Positions 25,959-33,452 of a stretch of DNA of 36,558 nt are shown here, piece by piece. Position numbers and translations under genes: made by a program. The stretch is from an uncultured Candidatus Bathyarchaeia archaeon (GTDB lineage: Archaea > Thermoproteota > Bathyarchaeia > TCS64), in contig CAZCKR010000002.1 of NCBI GenBank assembly GCA_964499305.1, forward strand, positions 5,054 to 41,611. The letters are read 5' to 3'. The notes below the pieces were generated by a model. It searched no databases and was not told where the DNA came from. It saw only the letters and a list, made by a program, of their open reading frames with translations. Each line of letters begins with the position of its first letter. The first letter of the stretch is position 1.

Positions 25959-26381
25959 TTAAAGGCCCAGCCTCTCCCTGGTCTTGTCCCAGGACTCATG
26001 GAACTCTCGTCGGCTGATCTCCTCTCTGAGAAGGAGGTCTTCGCCGTGTGTGAAGCTGAGGACCTGCTCGAGGGCGTGGAGGTACCCCTCGTGGTATGCT
26101 TGGGGGGTCGGGTCTCTGTTCCGGGTTTGGTCGTGTTGGGCTTGTGCGTGGAGTTCCTCTTGGAGTCTGGCTAGGGTGGGGGTGATGTTGCGGGCATGCG
26201 CCTCGTCCTGGAGGGCGTCTACTGTGAGCCATGTGAGGTAGTCGTGGAGGGTGGCTTCGGTGAGGCGGTCTTCGGGGGTTTGGGCTCGGTGGTGTCTGGT
26301 GGCGTGGGTGAGGATGCAGCGGAGGTAGAATAGGTCGTGGCGAAGGGTGTTCTGAGAGTTGTTGACTGTGGTGTATCTCAT
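25959..26381 (-). CDS. Hypothetical His/Thr-rich helical protein (orphan)
   Basis: 140-aa ORF ending 4 nt before the wHTH gene. No motif recognised. Confidence 0.5.
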   Translation of the reverse strand: MRYTTVNNSQNTLRHDLFYLRCILTHATRHHRAQTPEDRLTEATLHDYLTWLTVDALQDEAHARNITPTLARLQEELHAQAQHDQTRNRDPTPQAYHEGYLHALEQVLSFTHGEDLLLREEISRREFHESWDKTRERLGL

Positions 26382-26515
26382 TGTTTTTCAGGTCTCTCGC
26401 TTTGGTATGCTAAGTAATGGGTAATAAAATTTGTGCTACCATTATGTATACCTAAATTGTGTATCAGAAAAGATGAAGTTTAATATCGATTGTGATACCA
26501 GAAGAGGCTACCAAT

Positions 26516-26716
26516 ATGATCGAGGGAAAGGGCAGGTTCATGAACCGCCCCACGAAGACGGGAAACCGAGTCTACGACAAGTTCTTCATCTACGTACCCA
26601 CTGAGGTCGCCAGGGACGGGCTCTTCCCATTCAAGCCCGGTGAAGAAGTGACTATACGCATCGATCAGGGAGGGAATCAGATTGTGATATCAAGAAAGAG
26701 ATTTAACGAGTCTTAG
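26516..26716 (+). CDS. Small AbrB/SpoVT-like DNA-binding protein
   Basis: FFIYVPTEVARDGLFPFKPGEEVTIRID is a swapped-hairpin-like motif. The ATG at 26516 lies about 30 nt downstream of TTTAATAT. An in-frame GTG at 26492 is an alternative start. Confidence 0.55.
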   Translation: MIEGKGRFMNRPTKTGNRVYDKFFIYVPTEVARDGLFPFKPGEEVTIRIDQGGNQIVISRKRFNES

Positions 26717-26814
26717 GCTGATCCCTCCTGACAATTTGGAGTAAGGTTCATTTTGGGTTTAACGTGGTTTGCCCTGGTCTTCGTCGGTCGCGTCGCGCGT
26801 ATAAAAACATTAAA

Positions 26815-27015
26815 TCATAAAGTTACTTTTGACATGTCTCCGAGGATGAGCTTGTGGCCTCTTGGGAGGTTGTTTTCGTGGTTGAGGATGGTAACGTTCC
26901 GGCCTATTAGGCTGTCAGTTATTTTCTTTCCACAGTCGATTCGTGCGCCGCTCATCACGATGCTGTTCTCGATCTCGGTGTTCTGTATGGTGGTGGGGTC
27001 TAGGATGCGCGCTCG
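26815..27015 (-). pseudogene. 3' remnant of a sugar-phosphate nucleotidyltransferase (left-handed beta-helix C-terminus)
   Basis: ILDPTTIQNTEIENSIVMSGARIDCGKKITDSLIGRNVTILNHENNLPRGHKLILGDMSKVTL parallels the C-terminus encoded at 35663..35938. The N-terminal domain is absent. Confidence 0.65.
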
Positions 27016-27313
27016 TAACATAGTTAAACTCTTAAGATTATGGGGTGCAATCACCGTCTTCTGCAAGGTATGCGGAGTCGAGATACACTTCTTCGACAGG
27101 ACCCTGATGAACTCCGAGCTGAAGGAGGAGGTGACGCGGAGCAGAAGCACCCTGGCGCTCGCGTTGAGGGAGCTGCAGGAGGAGAGGCTCATCGAGAGAG
27201 AGGTCGTGGACACGAGGCCCGTGCAGACGAGGTACTCCCTGACAGGCCTCGGCGCGGAGGTCGCCGGACACTTATCCGAAATAAAGAGACTGATCTCGGG
27301 TCATCCTATATAG
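27005..27313 (+). CDS. Small winged-helix regulator (HxlR/MarR-like)
   Basis: RSTLALALRELQEERLIEREVVDTRPVQTRYSLTGLG is a typical recognition helix plus wing. The start is uncertain; ATG at 27005 was chosen. Confidence 0.5.
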   Translation: MRARNIVKLLRLWGAITVFCKVCGVEIHFFDRTLMNSELKEEVTRSRSTLALALRELQEERLIEREVVDTRPVQTRYSLTGLGAEVAGHLSEIKRLISGHPI

Positions 27314-27341
27314 GGGCCTACCGCGTCTCGATTTGTCTGAG

Positions 27342-27447
27342 TTCACTTCGACTTTATAGTAGTTGGACACGGTGTGTGCTGTGGGCCAGAAGGGGTTCAT
27401 TGTGGCGATTTGTTTGATGTCTACTGGTTGTAGCCCTGTTTCGAGTT
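27342..27447 (-). pseudogene. Internal remnant of a Nudix hydrolase gene
   Basis: About 105 nt collinear with 35363-35468 (roughly 80% identical by eye). Translates ETGLQPVDIKQIATMNPFWPTAHTVSNYYKVEVNSDK, versus ETGLQPTNITQISTMSHIWPTAHTVTTYFKVEVNSDK in the intact gene. Confidence 0.6.
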
Positions 27448-27540
27448 GTGGTTTTGGATGGCTTGTGCTGTCTGTATGGCTTGGGTGACTGTCTGCGACC
27501 TCTGTTCTGGGGGGTTTCTGGATTCTTTGGTCTACCTACC

Positions 27541-27864
27541 CGTTACGATAGTCGACGACTTGGCGTTTCCCTTATCGTTGGTTACTTACGATAAGCGTTT
27601 TTTTGGGTACGCGGGCGGCGCCATGATTCAACGACTTTGCTTTTCCCTTATAATTGGTTACTTATTATAAGCGTTTTTCCGGTAACCGATGTATCAATTA
27701 AGCGTTAGAAACAGCTATTTACCGATATAGGCGCGTTTAAGCAGTTTTCCGGCCTGGCCTCTTCACCTATTTTAGGCGTTTTATTGGACTTTTAGTTATT
27801 TTTAGCTGTTGTCTCCGGGTTTGTTTTTCACAGGTTCGCTTGAGGGGTTCCAAGTTACCTGGGA
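27541..27864 (+). repeat. Structured non-coding module, copy B
   Basis: Collinear with 23911-24245. Hairpins at 27571-27595 (CTTATCG/CGATAAG) and 27647-27671 (CTTATAAT/ATTATAAG), with the TGGTTACTT loop and T7/T5 runs. Confidence 0.8.
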
Positions 27865-27967
27865 TGAGTTTGAAACACCCTCTTTCATGCTAGCCGGTGT
27901 TGCCTTGTTTGATGATGGCGATGGTGCCTGTTCGAGTTCTCTTCTGTAGTGCGCTCATCGGTGAGTT

Positions 27968-28240
27968 TTATGCGGGGTTTGCTGCGGGTCTATCGAGAAG
28001 TGTGTCCACCAGGTCTCTTTTTTCCGTCGCTAGATCGACGAGGGTCTTGTAGAGGCCTCTCTTCGAGGCGTCCCATATCTCTAGGGCGACGAGCTCCCCT
28101 GATTGGTCTAGGCCCATGAGCACGTCGCCGTCGAGGAGCTTTTCGTCCGCGATCTCGCCTTCCCTGAGTTTCACCGAGAGTATGTCGGCTCTAGAGTCGT
28201 ATCGTATTATGGGATCCAGCGTCCACTCCTCCTTCGTCAT
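27968..28240 (-). CDS. DUF2283-family protein
   Basis: 90 aa. YDSRADILSVKLREGEIADEKLLDGDVLMGLDQSGELVALEIWDASKR is the characteristic DUF2283 pattern. Confidence 0.75.
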   Translation of the reverse strand: MTKEEWTLDPIIRYDSRADILSVKLREGEIADEKLLDGDVLMGLDQSGELVALEIWDASKRGLYKTLVDLATEKRDLVDTLLDRPAANPA

Positions 28241-28281
28241 TCTAATAGGATTATTTTCATGTAATAGTTCTATTGTACAAG

Positions 28282-28536
28282 TTATTTGTAGATGGATTTT
28301 CTTGGGCCTACATCTAGGAAGACGACCAGATGAAGAGAATCATCTATTATGTAGATTATTCTGTACTCGCCTATTCTCCAACGCCAATAACCTTGGAGTT
28401 CGCCTCTCAGTTTAACGCCATACGACGGATTGGCGATTATCTCATCTATGGCTCTCAGGGTCCTCTCTTTAACCTCGTCAGGCTGTTTCCTTAGTTCCCT
28501 TAAGAACTTCTTTGTGAGGGCAGGCCTATAATCCAT
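28282..28536 (-). CDS. relE: RelE/ParE-family toxin
   Basis: 84 aa. KKFLRELRKQPDEVKERTLRAIDEIIANP...GYWRWRIGEYRIIYIIDD..LVVFLDVGPRKSIY is the typical RelE pattern. Confidence 0.8.
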   Translation of the reverse strand: MDYRPALTKKFLRELRKQPDEVKERTLRAIDEIIANPSYGVKLRGELQGYWRWRIGEYRIIYIIDDSLHLVVFLDVGPRKSIYK

Positions 28537-28548
28537 CGGGCTCTCACT

Positions 28549-28749
28549 TTATAGTTTCTTCCTGATGTCGTCGCTGTTGTGTAGTGTGATATAATCTCCT
28601 TTTTGGTACTCTTCCTCGGCTGTTTTTATTCTCTCCAGCCCCTCTGTGTTCGCCAGCTCTTCTAGCGTTGCCAGAACCTCTTCGACCCTAACTAGTCCTT
28701 CTTGAAGCTCCTTTAGAAGAGCCGTGGGGATGTTTATGTACTCTGTCAA
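28549..28749 (-). CDS. Putative antitoxin partnered with RelE
   Basis: 66-aa helical ORF lying 12 nt upstream of the RelE gene. Assigned from position and size; no strong motif. Confidence 0.6.
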   Translation of the reverse strand: MTEYINIPTALLKELQEGLVRVEEVLATLEELANTEGLERIKTAEEEYQKGDYITLHNSDDIRKKL

Positions 28750-28848
28750 CTTTTGCGTCCATCATCCCTTCCTTATTGTACCTTATTTAATGTTTTTACT
28801 TCAGCCGCGGAGGATAGTAGGCTCAGCTAACGGTGGATAAGTTTGAAG

Positions 28849-29022
28849 ATGAAGGCGGTCCTCGACGCAGCCGCGACAAGGATTCTGCTGCACCTCTCCA
28901 AGATCGGGGACATCAAGATACGGCTACACAGGCCAATGGAGGAGAAGGCCACTACGCCACCCTCAGAGGCGGTGCAAGCCCATCCAGCGAAACAGGAAGC
29001 CTCCCTACTTGTAGGGAGGTAG
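28849..29022 (+). CDS. Candidate 57-aa ORF (below the track threshold), possibly a truncated HTH gene
   Basis: ATG at 28849, TAG at 29020-29022. Reads MKAVLDAAATRILLHLSKIGDIKIRL.... Sits in the otherwise unexplained 274-nt gap between two TA loci. Confidence 0.3.
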   Translation: MKAVLDAAATRILLHLSKIGDIKIRLHRPMEEKATTPPSEAVQAHPAKQEASLLVGR

Positions 29023-29023
29023 T

Positions 29024-29452
29024 TCACTCTGGTATCTGTAGGTTTCTGGGATCGATTCTTTCTATGCCCGAGATTTTGTCGTAAGCTTGATCTGTTGAGA
29101 GTATTGTGTGGTCGGGGACATGTGGTGTTAGGGAGGTTGCTGCGTAGATGGCGTCGAATATGGATTTGAGGTCATAGCTTGTCATGAGGTCGAGGGCGGA
29201 TAGAAGGATCTCTCGCGTTGGGTCTATGTATGTGATGTTCTCCAGGGTGGTTAGATTAGCGGCGTTGCCTAGTATGGTGGGTATTGGTGCGATGTCGCTG
29301 AAGACGTAGTATAGCTCATGGATTATGTCTGTTGAGGCCTGTATGTCTTGGAGGGTGTTGGTCTTTATGGCGTTGAAGATTTTTTCGGCTGTGGGTTTGA
29401 GCCAGTCTTCTTTTTTCAGGTATGCGATAAATAGGTCAGATTCGATTAGCAT
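29024..29452 (-). CDS. vapC: PIN-domain toxin (VapC-like)
   Basis: MLIESDLFIAYL (N-terminal acidic residue) and SIFDAIYAATS...ILSTDQAY. Overlaps the upstream AbrB gene by 17 nt. Confidence 0.8.
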   Translation of the reverse strand: MLIESDLFIAYLKKEDWLKPTAEKIFNAIKTNTLQDIQASTDIIHELYYVFSDIAPIPTILGNAANLTTLENITYIDPTREILLSALDLMTSYDLKSIFDAIYAATSLTPHVPDHTILSTDQAYDKISGIERIDPRNLQIPE

Positions 29453-29657
29453 TTTGTGTTTCCCTCTTTGCTTTTTCTTCTCCCATTTGCTTGAGTTCCT
29501 GCGTTGTGTGTTGGGTGTCTATTGGCGTGATCTCTTTAGGTATGGGTATCAGTAGGTAGTTTTGTCCTCGGGGGATGATTATCGCTTTTTCTGCTTTGAA
29601 GCCTAGTTCTTTTGGGAGGTATATGCGACGCTGGGAGTCAATGGAGACGATGGTCAT
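29436..29657 (-). CDS. vapB: AbrB-type antitoxin (VapB-like)
   Basis: VSIDSQRRIYLPKELGFKAEKAIIIP is a swapped-hairpin motif. 73 aa. Confidence 0.8.
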   Translation of the reverse strand: MTIVSIDSQRRIYLPKELGFKAEKAIIIPRGQNYLLIPIPKEITPIDTQHTTQELKQMGEEKAKRETQNANRI

Positions 29658-29661
29658 TTTT

Positions 29662-29696
29662 TACCAAATAGCAGGGTTGTTTGGTAGAATATATAG
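29662..29696 (-). promoter_or_regulatory. Promoter plus operator dyad of the vapBC locus
   Basis: The minus strand reads CTATATATTC (TATA-like), then TACCAAA-N11-TTTGGTA (29662-29686), ending 5 nt before the ATG at 29657. Confidence 0.5.
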
Positions 29697-30134
29697 TTTT
29701 ATGGTTAAAGTGTATTCTTGTGGTGTCTGCGTCCCAGCGTCTGGTTTGTTGTGTAAGGTACGCGGTACTGTATGAGGCGTGATTTCTGGTCCTTGAGCCG
29801 TTCAGGGTGGGTGTAGAAGCGTGAGATAGAACGCCGGGTTTTTTCTTGAGATTTTGAGTGAGAAAGTTATTATTTTATTGTGACGCTTTTCGCCAGGTTC
29901 CGTGGCTTATCCGGGTCTGCTCCGCGTCTACCCCCAGCCCGAACGCCTCGGCGACTCTGGCGTCCTCCTCGGAGAAGCGTCCGGGTCTTTACAAAGACGT
30001 TTATACGTTAATGTCGCTGGGAGAGTTAATATCATTGCTTGCATCATATAGCGGATCTTAATATTTATGAGGTTTCGTGCTGACTTGCTGCCCTAGAATG
30101 TAAGTGAAAAAAGGGATAATTAGGGTTTAAAGTG

Positions 30135-32138
30135 TTACTTCAGATACTTGTCGAACCATCTGAGAATGTGTCTTAGCCTGGCGGTGCGGTGGCTGGGCTT
30201 CCCCATGCGGCTGAGTCCATGGGGCTCGTTGTAGAACCTGACGAACTCGACCTCCTTCTTTAACCTCTTGAGGGCGACGAAGAGCTTCTCTCCTTCGGGT
30301 ATAGGGCATCTGTAGTCGTTCTCGGAGTGGATGATGAGCAGCGGCGTCTCGATGTCCTTGATGTACGTCAGCGGTGACCTGTCAAGGTACTGCTCTGGGA
30401 TGTCCCAGGGATCCAGACCACTCCCGACGCCTATCCTACCCCAGCCCATATCGCTGAGTGCAACCTGGCTGTACCAGCTGGCGACCGACCTCATCGTAAC
30501 TGCAGCCTTGAATCTTTTTGTGTGTGTGACGGTCCAGTTGGTCATGAAGCCGCCGAAGCTGCCGCCGGCGACGCCCAGCCGCTCTGGGTCAACGTAGCCA
30601 TAGTTTTCGAGGACGTGGTCCAAGGCCTCCATGAGATCTTGGAAGTCCCTACTCCCCCAGTTACCCTCTACGATGCCAGCGAACTCCTCGCCGTAACCGA
30701 TGCTGTCTCTGGGATTCGTATAGACGACAACGTAGCCGTTCCTAGCGAGGAGTTGGAACTCGTGCTCGGCTGAGTCTAGCTTGAATCCATAGGCTCCATG
30801 GGGACCACCGTGGATCTCCAGGACCAATGGGTACTTCTCCCCTTCCTTGTAGCCGTTGGGCTTGACTATCCACCCCTGCACCTTGACGCCATCGCTGGCG
30901 GTGAACCAGAACTCCTCCGGGGGGCTCACCTCCCAAGTCGCCATGATCTTGTCATGGACGCTTGTAAGGCGCTTCGTACTTTCCTCGTCTCGTATCCAGA
31001 CCTCGTTGGGCCAGAGAGCGTCGGTGGCGCAGAGGGCGAATAGGGACCCGTCCCCGCTGGAGCTGAAGCTGGAGACGGTTATTTTCCCCTCGGTCACAGG
31101 CTTGACCTTTCCGTTATGCGCGGTCACCTTGTATATCTGGGTTGTGCCGTTATTGGAGGCCCTGAAGTAAATTTCCCCGGAGTCGCCGCTCCAGAGCAGG
31201 CTCGATCTGTAAGCTCCAACCGTCCTATCGAAGTCGGAGGTCAGGTTCCTAGCCTCACCGCCGTCAGGTGGGATCACCCAGATATCGGTGTTGCCGTATC
31301 CTATCGCCACAGGGTCGGGGGGAATCCTACCTGCGTAGGCCAGGAGACCTCCGGCAGGGGACCATGAGACAGTGCTGATGATGGACTTCTCGTCCGTGAC
31401 CTTCCTGGGCTCACCGCCATCGGCTTTTATGATGTATATATCCTTCAGTCTCGTTAGGTCGCTCTCCTCCATGTTGGCGACGAACGCGACCTCGGTGCCG
31501 TCGGAAGACCAGGATGATGCTGAGACGTCGTAGGGTCCGCTTGTGATCTGAGCTGGTGTGCCACCCTTGGAGCTAACTGTGAACAGGTGGACCCTGGTAT
31601 AGGGAAAAAAGGACTCCCCGTCATACTTGTACCTGAGCTTGCTTATCCAGAGGATCTCAGGGTCTGTCTCCTCAGGGGTCTCTGTATCCTCCTCTATCCT
31701 GGATTGTAGGAGTATTTTCGAGCCGTCGGGGGATAGCTGGAAGCCGCGGATGCCGTGCTCGGCCTCGACGAGGAGCCTTGCCTCGCCTCCTTCGAGGGGC
31801 ATGGACCAGATGCGGGTCTTCCTGTTCTCCTTCTCCCCTGCCGTGAGCCTGTTCGAGTTGAAGTAAACGGTCTTCCCGTCGGGTGACCATCGGGGGTGAG
31901 TGTCCGAGTCCTCTCCGGAGGTGAACTGCCTGGGATCGCCGCCGTCAGTGGGGACAATCCAGATGTGGGTGTCATACGTGTCCTCCTCGATCTTGGTGAT
32001 CCTCCTGACGAAGAGAACGTTCCTCCCGTCGGGGGATATCTGAGTGTCATCCAGTGGGGTTCCGTGAATGAGGGGATCGACATCGTATTTCTTCAGTTTT
32101 AGCATATTATTACCGTGATTATATACTTCTCTGGACAC
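30135..32138 (-). CDS. S9-family serine peptidase (acylaminoacyl-peptidase/prolyl oligopeptidase-like): beta-propeller plus alpha/beta hydrolase
   Basis: Repeated propeller-blade motifs of the SPDG..xxF type. Nucleophile elbow GGSFGGFM, later ENDYRCP (Asp) and EPHGL (His). GTG at 32138; the ATG at 32105 (MLKLKKYDV) is an equally plausible start. Confidence 0.9.
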   Translation of the reverse strand: MSREVYNHGNNMLKLKKYDVDPLIHGTPLDDTQISPDGRNVLFVRRITKIEEDTYDTHIWIVPTDGGDPRQFTSGEDSDTHPRWSPDGKTVYFNSNRLTAGEKENRKTRIWSMPLEGGEARLLVEAEHGIRGFQLSPDGSKILLQSRIEEDTETPEETDPEILWISKLRYKYDGESFFPYTRVHLFTVSSKGGTPAQITSGPYDVSASSWSSDGTEVAFVANMEESDLTRLKDIYIIKADGGEPRKVTDEKSIISTVSWSPAGGLLAYAGRIPPDPVAIGYGNTDIWVIPPDGGEARNLTSDFDRTVGAYRSSLLWSGDSGEIYFRASNNGTTQIYKVTAHNGKVKPVTEGKITVSSFSSSGDGSLFALCATDALWPNEVWIRDEESTKRLTSVHDKIMATWEVSPPEEFWFTASDGVKVQGWIVKPNGYKEGEKYPLVLEIHGGPHGAYGFKLDSAEHEFQLLARNGYVVVYTNPRDSIGYGEEFAGIVEGNWGSRDFQDLMEALDHVLENYGYVDPERLGVAGGSFGGFMTNWTVTHTKRFKAAVTMRSVASWYSQVALSDMGWGRIGVGSGLDPWDIPEQYLDRSPLTYIKDIETPLLIIHSENDYRCPIPEGEKLFVALKRLKKEVEFVRFYNEPHGLSRMGKPSHRTARLRHILRWFDKYLK

Positions 32139-32434
32139 ATAAATCTAGTATTAAAAAACTTCGCACCTCTCTTAACCAACTCTTATCATTAGATATTACT
32201 CTCGAAAAAGAAAAAAGAGATTTAGGACTTATTGTATATTGGATCTCGACTTTTTTCAGGGAAATTGAAAAAACATATTGGTTCCTTGCCGGCGCCATCG
32301 CGATGGGCGTGTTGATTTGCATCGCTGAACCTCACAGTCAATATGATTGGAGAAAAGTGATGCTAATAAATGTGGTTGAGATTAGTAGGAAGAATGTGAT
32401 TAAGGGTAGATGTAGGGTATTGTGTTCTTAATAA

Positions 32435-32584
32435 TTTAGGTGTTCTACCCTCAGCGACGAGCTCATAAAGAAGATAGAGAGGCGCAGGGGGCTGGCGAAG
32501 AGATCCAGCTACATCGAGCACCTCATCGAGCGAGGGTTTGAAACCCAGAAAGGAGAGAAGGTGGAGACCCGTAGACTCAGCTGA
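32435..32584 (+). pseudogene. Start-less ribbon-helix-helix remnant
   Basis: Open frame reading ..CSTLSDELIKKIERRRGLAKRSSYIEHLIERGFE.. (RHH pattern). It is bounded upstream by TAA and has no ATG/GTG/TTG before the fold. Confidence 0.35.
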
Positions 32585-32622
32585 CTCTCTTAGTGCCCTG
32601 AGGCAATGATTTCGTTAGTCGT

Positions 32623-32811
32623 TTAATTGCTTGGGTCTCTCGATCCCTCTACTTCTAGTCGTTTCAGGTCGAGCTGTAGTATGGTGTCGTAGTAGGTGTA
32701 GATGCCCTGTACGATAGCTTGCTTGAAGCTGGTGACTGTGCCTCTGCGCTTCAGCTCCCGAATCATCCGGGCATGCTCGCCTCTTATGACGCACGACGTT
32801 GACGATGCCAT
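32623..32811 (-). CDS. Ribbon-helix-helix (CopG/Arc-like) protein, orphan
   Basis: 62 aa. TSCVIRGEHARMIRELKRRGTVTSFKQAIVQGIYTYY fits beta-strand, helix, helix. No adjacent toxin gene. Confidence 0.65.
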   Translation of the reverse strand: MASSTSCVIRGEHARMIRELKRRGTVTSFKQAIVQGIYTYYDTILQLDLKRLEVEGSRDPSN

Positions 32812-32989
32812 CCTTCTCCTTCAAGGAGAGCCCTCCTCGAGGCGTCTAAGAATCAACCAACTTTTCCCTTTTATGCTTCGAGAGGCTTTACCCTCGGTCA
32901 CGTGCCTCACCTTGTCTGGTTTTGGGTTCCGGATGGGCTTTATGAGTCATATGAAGGTTCAGTCGCTACCGAGAGTCAAGTAAAAGTGA

Positions 32990-33035
32990 AGGCCTCATGA
33001 GCGCGTCGCCGTCGAGGAGTTTTAGTCCGCGATCT
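32990..33035 (-). pseudogene. Short remnant of a DUF2283 paralog
   Basis: About 45 nt collinear with 28110-28155 inside the intact DUF2283 gene. Translates KLLDGDALM, versus KLLDGDVLM in the intact gene. Confidence 0.45.
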
Positions 33036-33209
33036 TATTGGCGGTAATAAGCCTTAACATATTAGATCTAGATTAACCCTAATAAATCAAGGCACGATAA
33101 AGAGGCGGGTTTTCACCTATTCTGGTTTCGATTCCATTACCTTCTTTGACCATGATCCTGCTCCGTAACACTTATTTTTACATATGTATATGTAGATGTA
33201 GACAGCGTC

Positions 33210-33452
33210 TTGACGTCAAAAACGGTATCAGTGTCGGAGGATGCCTACGAACTCCTCAAGAAGATGAAACTCAAGGGAGAGAGCTTCACGGAGACCATTA
33301 GGAGGCTCGCCAAACGCCGCAGGCTCGCGGACTGCGCCGGACTGTGGTCCGACGTCTCCGAGGAGGAGATGGAGGACTACTGGGGCAGCATAGCCGACTT
33401 GAGGAGAAGGGCTGCGGAGTCCATGGAGATGGGCCGTGTTGAAGGTCGTTGA
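33210..33452 (+). CDS. vapB: VapB-type antitoxin (putative-antitoxin family, DUF217-like)
   Basis: KTVSVSEDAYELLKKMKLKGESFTETIRRL is the characteristic N-terminus. Overlaps the PIN gene by 17 nt. TTG start. Confidence 0.75.
   Translation: MTSKTVSVSEDAYELLKKMKLKGESFTETIRRLAKRRRLADCAGLWSDVSEEEMEDYWGSIADLRRRAAESMEMGRVEGR

Noticed and set aside
32119-32322. 67-aa ORF in the AT-rich tract upstream of the S9 peptidase
   Set aside because: It overlaps the peptidase start and promoter. Its composition is dictated by AT-rich DNA, and it has no motif.
32886-32899. 14-nt identity (CTTTACCCTCGGTC) with 34920-34933
   Set aside because: A single 14-mer match is within chance expectation for all-against-all comparison of a 36-kb window on both strands. 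The flanking similarity is weak.
33120-33145. tRNA T-arm-like string GGTTTCGATTCC
   Set aside because: Flanking bases cannot form a T-stem, acceptor stem or anticodon arm. No cloverleaf can be drawn.
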